DNA of 63,115 bases, filler included, from Octopus bimaculoides (Eukaryota), in assembly GCF_001194135.2 (NCBI RefSeq). It is 7 parts of 6 records of this genome, joined end to end, with 100 filler letters (N's around TTAATTAATTAA, not from the genome) between each part and the next. Parts side by side here need not be neighbours in the genome. Positions count along the whole stretch, not along the records: positions 25,106 to 50,459 come from NC_068997.1; 6 more parts are not named here. The stretch is one strand, 5' to 3'. A model generated the notes under the pieces. It had not been told where the DNA came from. It worked only from the letters and a program-made list of their open reading frames with translations, and searched no databases. The translations under genes and the position numbers were made by a program. Below are positions 25,941 through 37,900 of this stretch, in pieces. The first letter of the stretch is position 1; the number at the start of each line of letters is the position of its first letter.

Positions 25941-27132
25941 TAACTTGTATATATTTATGTAATTTTCACTTGTCTTACCTGCATACGTTTTTGTTACTTC
26001 GCTAAATTTCCTATGAGAACAATTCGGTCTTAGTAGACACATTACATATGATCTTCTTCTAGCACATTAACAGTCCACCTAGTGGTCTCCTTTATATGTA
26101 CATAAACAATAATCCTTTGAGATCTGTTTTTTTTTCTGAATCTCCTTGATTCCCTGGTATTAAATTGATATTAATTAATATCCAATTTTTTTACCCTACC
26201 TTTATATATATATATATATNNNNNNNNNNNNNNNNNNNNNNNNNNNNNNNNNNNNNNNNNNNNNNNNNNNNNNNNNNNNNNNNNNNNNNNNNNNNNNNNN
26301 NNNNNNNNNNNNNNNNNNNNNNNNNNNNNNNNNNNNNNNNNNNNNNNNNNNNNNNNNNNNNNNNNNNNNNNNNNNNNNNNNNNNNNNNNNNNNNNNNNNN
26401 NNNNNNNNNNNNNNNNNNNNNNNNNNNNNNNNNNNNNNNNNNNNNNNNNNNNNNNNNNNNNNNNNNNNNNNNNNNNNNNNNNNNNNNNNNNNNNNNNNNN
26501 NNNNNNNNNNNNNNNNNNNNNNNNNNNNNNNNNNNNNNNNNNNNNNNNNNNNNNNNNNNNNNNNNNNNNNNNNNNNNNNNNNNNNNNNNNNNNNNNNNNN
26601 NNNNNNNNNNNNNNNNNNNNNNNNNNNNNNNNNNNNNNNNNNNNNNNNNNNNNNNNNNNNNNNNNNNNNNNNNNNNNNNNNNNNNNNNNNNNNNNNNNNN
26701 NNNNNNNNNNNNNNNNNNNNNNNNNNNNNNNNNNNNNNNNNNNNNNNNNNNNNNNNNNNNNNNNNNNNNNNNNNNNNNNNNNNNNNNNNNNNNNNNNNNN
26801 NNNNNNNNNNNNNNNNNNNNNNNNNNNNNNNNNNNNNNNNNNNNNNNNNNNNNNNNNNNNNNNNNNNNNNNNNNNNNNNNNNNNNNTCATATGTGTGGAC
26901 AAGTGTGTGTGTATATGTGGTCATGTGTTTCAGTCTCTATTTGCGTATGTGGTTGTCTGTTCATATACCCTATGTACCTACCCGTCTGTATGTAGACCTG
27001 TTGGTTTACATATACATACATGCGCATGCACACACACACACACACACACACACATACATACATCTATCTGCATAAAAGCGCATCAACTGTTCTACTTTAC
27101 CTGTGTAAAATGTGGGTATGGGGGTATGATAT

Positions 27133-28860
27133 CTATGTATATTTCCTATTTAGTATTGGGGAAGTTTCATTTATAAGGACGTACTCCCGTATTTGTCTTA
27201 GAGTTGGGTCTTTTGGGTGCTTGGATAAGATGCGGATGTCAAGTTGACCCATGTTGCCTCCATGCTGGTCTTTGGTATGTTGGTAGAATATGGAGGACTG
27301 TTTTTTATCGTCATATTGTCTCATATGTTCGTTTAGCCGTTCCGCAATGCTCCTAGATGTTTCACCTATATATGTCATATTCAGGTCTTTACAAGCACCT
27401 TCCATGCATTTTATGCTGTAAACTACATTTCTATTTCTGCAGTTAATGCCAGGGCTAATCCTACATACCATGCAGTTATCATTGGTACATATGGTATTCT
27501 CAAAGGGGTACGTCCTACATAGTTGTGATCTGATGGAGTTCCCTGGCTTTTCAACAATCTTAACGTTGAATTTGGACTCCATCAGAGCTTTTCTAAACCT
27601 ACGCGCTAGTTCTCCATGGGCTGTGGCCTCTACAAACATCACTCCTTGATATCTGTCGGTTTTATACCACGTGTTCTCTTTGTTGGCTTTGTCACAAATT
27701 CTTTGTATCTTATTCCATTCTTTGTTTCTATATCTAGGGCAGGTACCACTGGTATCATTACTTATAATCTTATCTAACCTCTTTATAGCTCCCCTGTATA
27801 CTTGAACCTTATCTTTCTGATCATATCTAGAGAACTGTATGCGGTGCATGAAGTTCTGTATATGTTTTTTCGTTTCATAGGGTTCGCATAGTGGGGAGAT
27901 GTTGTTCATTATCCTAACTAAGTCTGCTATCAGTATGTTAATTTTCATGTTGTGTGACAAAGCTGAGTTCTTGTGAACAACATGTTTTGAAGCTATGGGT
28001 TTCATATAATATGAGTGGAGGAGCTGCACTCTATTGTTCACAGTCTCTAACCAAAGTTCAGTATCAAGTACCGGGAGCCTATTTTTGGGGTGTTTAGTCG
28101 GGTAATCTATAGTTACCTTGATACTTTGGTGGATGGAGTTAGCTATTTGCTGGATGCTCTCCATTACGTTCCTTTCTGTTTCTACATGACCGTCACTAGA
28201 GTTGGTCCTAACTATGATATTAATGTCATCTACATATCTGCTGTAAAGTAGAAGAGTTGTGGACTGTTCTGCTAACATATGTTTGAGTTTTCTGTCCCAC
28301 CAGGTCATGAAGAGGCCGGCCACATCTCCAGCTACACAAACGCCGATGGCTGCACCTTGAACCTGCATGTATACTTTTTTGTTGAACTTTACTATGTGGT
28401 TCTTCAAGGTGGTTTTTATACTGGCCCCTATTGCGTGACCAAATCATTTCTTTTACCTGATTGTTGTTCTCAGGGTTTTGGGTGGGTGCAGTCCAGCCAC
28501 TCCAGCCACTCCAGCGTTCAGTGGTGCTTTTTTTCGCTGCTGAAGTGATGGTGGGTGGTCTTCCCCTCTGTGGCCTGGTGGGGCAGAATCTACTGAGGTC
28601 ATGGTCATCTAAATAGTTACTGTCGTAGCTGAGTCTGAGGAGGAAGCCCAGTTCCCTCGTGTAGACCTTGCGGAACTCCACTTCACTCTCACAGATCACC
28701 TGAATGCATATCTCCACACCAAAATCTATGTCTATAGATGAGTAAGAACGTAGTTGATTACAGTACAAAGTTTGTTCACCTTCAGATTTCACCTGGTGCT
28801 ATCCAGTAGTTGTAGTATTATACGTACTTCCAAATTTGTGTTTGGGCTTCTGTAGTTTGT
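27133..28860 (-). pseudogene. Penelope-like element ORF: RT plus C-terminal GIY-YIG endonuclease, near intact, 5' part missing
   Basis: 424-aa open frame with QVQGAAIG, YSRYVDDI, LPVLDTELW and NVVYSIKC...YIGETSRSIAERLNEH. The upstream frame (SIDIDFGVE..VEF..RELG..CPTRP..GRPPTIT) joins via one frameshift near 28440. Confidence 0.93.
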
Positions 28861-29348
28861 CGATAAATAATTGAAGAAATTGGAGGGAACAAGAAGGAGT
28901 ACAGTTGAATATTTATTTGCAATCACTACCATTGTTTACACGTAGCATAGCTCTCCAGGCTTGCAGGTATTTGGTTATTTAACCGTTTCCCTGAATTTTG
29001 AAATCTAGCTGTGTTCCCTCAGGCAATATATATACATATGCATCTACATATACACAGCTATACACACATACACATACTCACACCTGCATGCACACATATT
29101 ATGTAATCAATGGGGTTATGATATTATTGGTGTGTTAGTATAGAAAGGCTTGGGGGAAGAAAGAGTAGAGGGAGAGAGTCCATTGAATGCTTCTTCTTTT
29201 TCAAAGCGGTGTTTGTGAGTGTGTGTGTGTGTGTGTGTATGAGTCTAAGCATGAGTATGCATGTAGATGTATATATGTGTGGGAACATGTATGTGTACGT
29301 ATGGGCGTGTATAAATGTAGATATATAGTAAACAATGTATATGTACAG

Positions 29349-29548
29349 AGAAACTATAGCCAGCATTGTTTTCTTGCCACAACGCTTCGTATCGAGACGT
29401 CAGATGTAAACGAACAGTCGATCGGTGATATAAATGGGTAATATACGCCGCACATTACCCATTTTTATCTTCGATTTCATTATTTGTTTACATCTGACGT
29501 CTCGATATGAAACGTTGTAGCAAAAAATCACTGCTGGCTGTAATTTCT
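29349..29548. repeat. 200-bp palindrome / hairpin
   Basis: TATCGAGACGTCAGATGTAAAC pairs exactly with GTTTACATCTGACGTCTCGATA. Inner GATATAAATGGGTAAT pairs with ATTACCCATTTTTATC; 11-nt loop. Confidence 0.92.
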
Positions 29549-29986
29549 AACAGAATATCTGTAGAAATAACCTTAAGGGAAATATGTTAAGAGCGCTGCT
29601 AAATCAGTAGAACGTGTTGTTGACTTATAAAAAAATTGATATAGTTTATAGTATATTATGGTTGCATAAAGAAATACCAAGTACCTACAAGTTATTAATG
29701 AATATCTTGTGAATTCTTAAAGGTCAGCCAAGGAAAATCGCTAGTGTAACCAACCAATCAACATTGCAAAGGGATCGAATGCCTTTCCCTTTAAAACGGC
29801 TATCCCTCTAACAGCGGCAAGCCACCATCCCATTTCATCCATATATTCAGATCAGGTTAGTAAAAGATCTTCAGCTAGAACACATCTCTTGATAGTTCAG
29901 TGGCTACTACTAATTCGGAGGCCTCAACAGACAAATAGGAATCATTTGAAGCCGAGAATCTGAGATTACGGAGACAATATTTATAT

Positions 29987-30092
29987 ATCGCCTGAGGAAA
30001 CACAATTAGATTTCAGAATGCATGGAAACGGTTACATAACCAAATATCTGCAAACCTGGAGAACTACATAGCGTGGAAACAATTGTAGTGAT
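29987..30092 (+). ncRNA. Type I hammerhead motif with long stem II insert
   Basis: AUCGC-CUGAGGA-(~77 nt)-GAAA-C-AAUU-G-UA-GUGAU; stem I pairs 5/5 with one G.U, palindromic loop, GUA site. Confidence 0.55.
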
Positions 30093-30141
30093 TGCAAAAG
30101 AATGTAAAGCCGTACTCTTTGTTTTTGACTCGAACGCCTTC

Positions 30142-30216
<75 letters not shown>

Positions 30217-30460
30217 NNNNNNNNNNNNNNNNNNNNNNNNNNNNNNNNNNNNNNNNNNNNNNNNNNNNNNNNNNNNNNNNNNNNNNNNNNNNNNNNNNNN
30301 NNNNNNNNNNNNNNNNNNNNNNNNNNNNNNNNNNNNNNNNNNNNNNNNNNNNNNNNNNNNNNNNNNNNNNNNNNNNNNNNNNNNNNNNNNNNNNNNNNNN
30401 NNNNNNNNNNNNNNTAACACACAAAATCCGTTAGATTCACTTCAACATTTAAATTTAATT

Positions 30461-30507
30461 TGTCAAAATATTTTCGTCGCTTTGAGACCGCGACCTGTTC
30501 ACTGACA
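30461..30507 (-). ncRNA. Decayed minimal hammerhead motif
   Basis: UGUCA-GUGAACA-G-GUCGC-GGUCUCAAA-GCGAC-GAAA-AUAU-UU-UGACA; stems I and II perfect, CUGANGA carries two substitutions. Confidence 0.55.
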
Positions 30508-30571
30508 AAATTCTGTGCTGCACAGATTTTGTATGTTATTTTAAATGGCTTATAAACACCTTCCACGCTGC

Positions 30572-30608
<37 letters not shown>

Positions 30609-31242
30609 GCCCTACTTATACAAAAGAGTCAGTAGCTGGTTCAATCATTGCGTAATATAGTAGTTATCACTACTAATAAAGAAACTATATTTTGCTCTAT
30701 GATTATGTAAAATAGTAAACTAATCCGTTACTACGAGAAAAAAAGACTGCTCCATATATGTGAAAAATAATAAACAGCTGTACATTGGTATACTGGAAAA
30801 TGTATTAAGATATTCAGAAGCAAAAATTATTAGGATGCTGTTAATACAAAGTCTTTGATGAAATTCCAAACACTCATTGGTCATAATTTCTGCAAACAGA
30901 AGTAATAAAGAAATAAATGAAAAACATTAAAATATTACTTGGGGTTCTTCATCTCCATAACTCTCTTCTTCAGCTGACTCACTCTCAGAATATAGTGATC
31001 TGCAAAAAATGAACCAAGGAGGAGGTTTAAGATTAGTGAAAATTATTTGTCATATGGAGTGTAGGTAACATTCTGGACCTTTGCACTTCATCTAAAAGTT
31101 AAGAAAAGGAGAAAAGTGATATTGTTGCATGGGATGGGAGCAAGAAACAATGGAATATTATTGAAAGACTAATACAGGAGGTGAGGGGAAAGACGACCAA
31201 GAGGAAGTTAAGGTCAGAATGCGTCAGTGATCAGAGGAGTGA

Positions 31243-31308
31243 GTCAGAGGTTAGAGGAATGGTCAGAGGTTAGAGGAATGGTCAGAGGTTAGAGGAATGG
31301 TCAGAGGT
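31243..31308. repeat. 19-bp minisatellite (GTCAGAGGTTAGAGGAATG) x ~3.4
   Basis: Units start at 31243, 31262, 31281 and 31300. Confidence 0.92.
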
Positions 31309-31999
31309 CTGGTGAGCAAAGGCGGTGGAGGAAGCTAAGAACATGAGAGGAAAATGTAGAAAGAGTCAGTGAGGATTATGAATAAATTTAAGAAGTAATA
31401 TCTATGTATATTTAAACCTGTTGGGAAATTAGGAATACGTTTCAATAAGTAGCTTTGAACAATTTTATTTCAAAGAGAGGTCAGCAAATTTTGACGAAGT
31501 GTTCAGACAGTAAAACTCGTCAGTTTGATTTTTATAACAAGCTGCTGAAAATATAGTTCATAGACTTCATTTCACATCAAAAGGTATAAATCTTTATCTA
31601 TTTACATTTACGCATAAAGTCTGATGCGTAAATACTCTTATAATTAATATCAAGTCAGCAAATTTGTCCAATTTTCATATGGCATTTAATCGGTACAATT
31701 TTGTTTATATAGTCTTCTGCAATTTATCTCAGTTTTGTGGGATGTGTGGGTGTTTGAGATCTGAAGAACTGTGAAAGACAGTAAATCTGCTTAATTCAAT
31801 TCACATCTCTAGATTTACTTCTGCATCAATGTATTATTTCTTACATAAAATAAGACCTCAAATTTCAACAATTTTGGTAAGGTATTTTGTTTTACCGTTT
31901 TATAATTCAGCTAATACACTATATTTTCTTCAGATGCATATTAAGACACAAACAAACAATAACATTAAAAGAGATAAACTGATAAGTTAAACATTTCTG

Positions 32000-32262
32000 A
32001 AATGACTGTATGCCTTTGGTGGAGATACTTAGCGTTTATGGGACAAATTTCACAGCGACACTAAATACACTTATGCGTGATAAATATAGGAGGTGCAAAG
32101 TGGATGAGAGATTGATAAACATGAGAATAACAACGTCAACTTTTAAAATGGCAAACCGCCTAAATCGTCTAAAATTACTTATACATATAGAATATAAGAG
32201 AGAAATAACGATAGATATCAACATTAAGAAAAACATAAATAAAATAGGATCCAAAAATTGAA
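32000..32262 (+). pseudogene. Possible hAT transposase C-terminal (dimerisation region) remnant
   Basis: RLNRLKLLIHIEYKREITIDI...INKIGSKN weakly resembles the RL..L.LL.IE...ID....I..F..K..R end of hAT transposases. Confidence 0.35.
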
Positions 32263-32270
32263 GGATGTTC

Positions 32271-32354
32271 CATCTACGGCCGTTCCAGTGGTACGTTACT
32301 GGTCATGGTTAAAAATTAAATATTCTATATATGCAATTTCCCTTCATCAGGATG
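32271..32354 (-). ncRNA. Degenerate type I hammerhead motif
   Basis: CAUC-CUGAUGA-AGGG...CACU-GGAAC-GGCC-GUA-GAUG; stem I 4/4, palindromic GGCC loop, GAAA changed to GGAA. Confidence 0.55.
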
Positions 32355-32699
32355 ATGTCCTCCTTGGTAAACGTCGATTTCTTTATTGACCACTGGGTGC
32401 CAAACAGAGGAGACGATACAAATGAAAGTAGTCGATATAACGAATGATTTTACACGAAAATAAGCGAATTATGATTGTTCAAATAGTTACAAATACAATG
32501 AAGTGGGGGATAGGTTCAGCTTCGACCCCACAATCCCCGTGCTACCACTGTAACATTTTTATAAATTTATGGATACACCATGCAGGTACATTAATTCTCA
32601 ACATACTCGCAACAGCTTTCCATCTTTTCCCAACATATATCAGGTGACAGGCATTTTCTCCCCACCCTTATTCTCCTCTTTAGGTGGAAAATGAGGAAA

Positions 32700-33903
32700 T
32701 AACCCAGCTCATGGCTGGAGATGGGGATGCCTGTCACAATTCATTTCAAACACTCTATATTTAGTATATTCATAAGCGTTCTACTTATGATTTGAGATCA
32801 GGTGGTACGTCCATCTCATTCCTTTGTATTTGCATTCGGGGCTTGCAGGGTGTTGTTAATCAGGCCCTCGTAAATTTGTGAGGAGAAAGCCTTCCTCAGA
32901 GGGCCTATGCCGTTTTTAATAGAATTTTTAGGCTATTATAATTCAATCTGTCGATTGAAAATATCGGCATATTTTCGGAAATATTTCCTTCGATGTTTTC
33001 AGTTACATTAACAATGTTAGGAATGCCTCTTAATTTCTGCAGTAGTGACTCATTTGTCATTACTATCGTATAATTTGTGCCCGAGTGGGTGGGGATCGAT
33101 TTGGACTGGGGACTTTTAAGTGTCTGTGTGCTTTGTTTGTTCCTTTTAGTTTAAGTTGTAGGGCTAGTTGCGGTGGACTGGATCGTTATTTCTCTTTTGT
33201 GTTTTCTGGTGATTTTCTGCCATCCTTCCTTTGTGTCTCTTTCATCTCCTCCTCTTTTTCGCTTTCTGCTGATATCTAGCTGTGAGTCTCACTGTGTGTC
33301 CCGTCTGTCCCTTCCTTTGTTGTCTCGATAGGAGTGGGCATCACTGCTTTTTCGGGGAGGAGATTGGTAATCGGCCCTAATGTGGCCTGTTTTTGGCCAC
33401 ACTTGTAGCAACGAGGCTTCCTCTCCTCGACCATGACTCGCAATTTGCTCTCCCCCACCGGTATGGATGGAGTCTATTATATTTTCTAAATCATCAGAGG
33501 TTGCTTGGATGAGCATTTCGATCGCCTCCCCGCCAATTTTGTAATCCCAAAGCAGTAGCTTGGATAATATTTATTTTATCCTGCAAGCCCGTCTTTATGG
33601 TAGCCACCAGCCAAACAGGGTCTACCTCAGGTGAAATATCTAGTACCCTAATCTTGGAAGTTTGCCTTGCAAGATAAATAAGTAGGGGTACCACCTCAGC
33701 AGTTTTTAGTGGCTCTGTTGAAGCTTGTTTAGCCATTTCTTCCGATTTGAAGCGAACGTCTATTGTAGCATACTTCGCTCCTCAAGTGATGTATGCCAAG
33801 TCGTTCCATACTGGCCGCAAGCACAGTTCTATGGCCTCCTTACTTGCATTATCCAGTTTTTTTGCTTTTGACAACAAAAGGTTTATATATCACAGTGCAC
33901 CGA
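32700..33903 (-). pseudogene. Tx1/L1-like LINE ORF1 copy 2 (partial)
   Basis: SKIRVLDISPEVDPVWLVA, MLIQATSDDLENIIDSI and LRVMVEERKPRCYKCGQK; clearly homologous to 36300-37420. Confidence 0.85.
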
Positions 33904-36900
33904 TTCCTTTCACGCGAGTCTTCCATACCACTTCTTTTGCTATAGCAAATCACAGTGAGAAAACAAGCATTGCCTTCTTTGTTAAAAGAGAAAGGAGGAG
34001 CAATCTTTAAAATCGGCTCGGAAGACAGTTGTACTCTTCCCAGCCGTGACAGCAGATGTTCTACGTAAACCCAAATTTCAGAAATTGCACAATCGATAGA
34101 CGGTTTCCCTGTCCTGGTCGCATCTTGGGCACATAGGTGAACAAGGGGCACCATACCTTGCGAGTTTATCGCGAATTGGTAAGGCTCCTCGGTAATACTG
34201 CCAGGCCAGGGATACCTAGAAGTTATCCGAGAGTCCTGGCTCCAATGTCCTTCGAAACAAGCTGGCTAGTTGACCATCATCGAAGCCTAGAGTCTCCTTC
34301 AGGTCGTCGTCATACTTAGCTCTACCAAACCTGTATAGAATCACGAGGTGGAACTCCCGCTGCTGGCGTTACCTGTGCGAGTGAGAAGCGAGAGTGCATG
34401 ACGACACTCCACTTGTCAAGCTTTCAACTTTTGTCTACGCTTAATCCATGGTTCTAGTTCACTAAAATTAGTAAACTGAGGAAGTAACAATCGAACGAAC
34501 GGAGACCACACTCGTTCACCGTCCAGGCAGATCCACAGGTGCCTCCGCCTTAGCGCTTGTCTGCGCATCAACAGCCAAGGTATCCCCAGCCTACCCTTTA
34601 GCAGGTGTTGTCACTAGATAGGGTGCTTTACAAGAGAAGCTCCACATTTCCGAAAAGAAGCGAAAGAGCAGACGCTTCAACTTGATCAGCCACGAATGGG
34701 GGAAAGGCAAACGGTTAAGCGGAAGGTAAACACCTCTGCGACCTCCACTGTTCCTTTCAGAGATAGCCGTTGTTCAGACCAGATTTGAATTAGGTGGGTC
34801 ACACTGGTCGTCACCTCACCCCGATTCTTATCTATCTGGAGATCTGGACCAAACCAAACCCCTAGCATTTTGACAAATGCCCCCGTCCAACCCCTACGAC
34901 GTTGTTGGGAGGTATCGTCTTGCCTCTCCAGGTGCCGAGTTGCAAGCCAACTGACTTATCCCGGTTAACGTTTGCTCCTGCCACCGTTTCGGAGGCTTTA
35001 ATGGCCTCGCTAACACTCTGGATGTTTCATCTAGGATACGATGACGGTGATGTCATCCGCGTATTCCGTAAGCATCCTTCTACAACCTAGATCGTGCAGG
35101 ACGTTCCTAAAATTCTCCAACTTCCACAGAAAAGGCTCCAGAACCAACACACAGAGAAGAGGATAGATGAGACACCCTTGACAAACTGAGCGTTTGATGT
35201 TGAACGGCTTAGTGAAAAAAAACTTCCATCCGAACGATCGATTCGATGTTGCTATATAAAGCGATGATCCACCCGCGGAAGACGAGGCCAAGCCCGAACG
35301 CCGCGAGGACTGATACCAGATACCGATAGTCAATCCTGTCAAAATCTTTACACTGGTCTAAATGGGTAGGAGGCCCATCCGTTAACCTTCTCTAAGGTGT
35401 AGCGTATAAGGTGGAGATTGTTGTGTATATGTCTGCCAGGAACAGCACAGGTTTGTGCTTCTCCGACGAGTCCGCCCACGACACGCCCCAACCTTTTTAC
35501 TAAGACCTTGGCTATAATCTTCAACTCTGCGTTAATCAGAGTAATGGGCCGGAAATTATCTATAATAACCCCTCGTTTGCGTACTTTCTAAGCAGCGTCT
35601 CCATTCCCCGGCTCACAAACCCATTCTGCTGTCACTGTAATAAGGCTCGTAGCATCTCCGCAGCCGTGATCGGCCCTTCACAGCAATCACTTTCCCGCCA
35701 CGAGGAAGTCTGTGAAGTGCCTCCTGCACACCGGCCCTTCACCCCTCCCAAAAAGCAGGGCGAAATGCTCCTGAAATACCTTATACATCTCCTCGGGTTC
35801 GATTATTAAGCTCAATTGATGATTTGTCATAGACTTTATTGCGCCATCATTTCCACGTTGGGTGTCTGTCACACGCGTCCATTCAGCAGCTTTGTTTCCT
35901 TCACGTCCCATTGCTCGTTGCTTAGCTCTGATTACGTATCCATCGTTTTTAGCCTCAAGATGTTGGTTAAGAGCCAATCTCGCAACTAAAATTCTGGGCG
36001 CAGAACCAGATTCCAGTGCTTCACCTAGGGCCCTATTTCACTAATTACAATCCTGTCTAAATAAGATCTAGATGACCCATTGCTATTAGTCCTTCTCCAC
36101 AATGGAGAATCTGGGACATCTAGCCAAAACCTATCTCAATATCCGTTTAGAAAGGGAAAAAAAGTCTCTTTGACTACTCAGTCTGGGCTCTGTGGCAACT
36201 ACAATATCCATTCGATGCGACCTAAGGTCATTAAGGAAACTACCTCGGTTCCAATCCGACCCTAGGCCGCGTACTTTCAAATAACCTACATTAAGTATAT
36301 CCATAAAGATTGTACTTACGATTTGAGATGGGGTGGAACGTCCATCTCAGTTCTTTGTATTTGCGTCCGGGGCTTGCGAGATGTCGTTGACTAGGCCCTC
36401 ATAAATTTGCGAGGAGAAATCTTCCTCAGAGGGCTTATGTTATCTTTAATAGAATTTTTAAGGCATTATAATTCATTCTGTCAATTGTAAAAATCGCTGT
36501 TTCCGAGAAGAGTTTTCCGTTCAAAGTTTTTAATTACGTTCACAGTGTTAGGCACGTCATTTAATTTCTGCAGTAGTGATTTATTATTTGTCACTACTAC
36601 AGTATAATTCGTATCTAGGTGAGTGGAGAACAGTTTGGACTGGGATTTTATAGTTATCTCTGTGCTCTGTTTGTCATTTATGTTTTTGCTGTCGGGCTAG
36701 CGGGGTTGGATTGGGTCGGTGATTATAGTTTCTTTTTCCTGGTGATTTTCTGTCACCCTTCCTCTTGTGTTTCATCCATCTCCTTCTAATCTGTTTCGCT
36801 TTCTCTCGATACCTCACTGTGAGCATCACCGGGTATCCCATCTGTCGTTTCTTTTGGTGTCTCGACAGGTGGGGTTATTGCCGATTTTTCGGGGCAGGTT

Positions 36901-37900
36901 TGGTAATCGGCCTAATGTGGCCTTTTGAGTCACACTTGTAGCATCGACGCTTCCTCCCCTCGACCATGACTCGCAACTTGCTCTTCCCCACCTGTATGGT
37001 GTCGATTATATTTTCTAAATCGTCAGAGGCTGCCTGGATGAGCATTTTGAGGCCCTCCACCTGCCTATTTTGTAATTCCAATGCGGTGGCTTGAAAAACA
37101 GCTTTTTTATCCTCCAAGCCCGTCCTTATGGCTTCCACCAGCCAAGAAGGGTCTACCTCAGGTGGAATGTATCCTACTCTAATCTTTGGAATCGGCCTTC
37201 CAAGATAAGTAGTTAGAAGTACCGCCTCAGCTATTTTAGCGGCTCTGTTGAAGCCTGCTTGATCTTTTCTTTCGATTTATAGCGCATATCTCTCGTGGCA
37301 TACTTCACCCCTCTCATGCTGTATGCCACGTCGCTCCAAACTGGTCGTAGGCACAGTTCCACGCCCTCCTTACTTGCATATTTTTAGACTTGACGAAAAA
37401 AGATTTATATATCACAGTGCACCGCAGTGCTCTGAGAGTGGTTTCACTGGGAGGGTTAACTACTGTCCCATTCCTCTCCCATTTTAGCATCCCTTTATAT
37501 TTTACCGGTTCATCGCTTTCACAGTTGCCATTCTTTCTAGCAACTCCGGCTGCTGCCGCAAAATTCACTTTTCTTCCCTTTACGAAATCCTCGCCTGATG
37601 GCATACTTCTTTGTCTGAACCGCTTTCGCAGTTTGACATATTTTTCCTAGTACTGGCCCCAGGTTCGACACTGGTTCTGGTCTTTATGGGTGATTTATCC
37701 ATTTTGTCAAGTCACAATATTAATAGCAATATTTTCCTCCTTCACACAAGGGTGGAGATGTTAACAAAATCTGCCAGAAACAGAAAACACGGTGCTTTAC
37801 AAAGTTCAACAACGCAAGAATACTTCTAACCGTTAAGGCAGCAACAATAGACAAAAGCAAATCTTCAAACTGACTCCGACTTGGTGAATTTCAGCGTTTT
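33904..37900 (-). pseudogene. Tx1/L1-like LINE with ORF1 (CCHC-like knuckle) and degenerate ORF2 (RT, zf-RVT)
   Basis: ORF1 LRVMVEGRKRRCYKCDSKGHIR. ORF2 NFRPITLINAELKIIAKVL, RSVCQGCLIYPLL..LVLEP, EYADDITV, MLGVWFGP..WSEQRLSLKG, IWVYVEHLLSR. Confidence 0.88.

Larger units (their letters stand above)
25223..26090. mobile_element. Fold-back element: ~360-bp inverted arms with a 148-bp spacer, each arm carrying a hammerhead motif
   Basis: GGAGACCACTAGGTGGAC (25223) and GTCCACCTAGTGGTCTCC (26090). The arms 25223-25583 and 25732-26090 pair along their full length. Confidence 0.95.
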
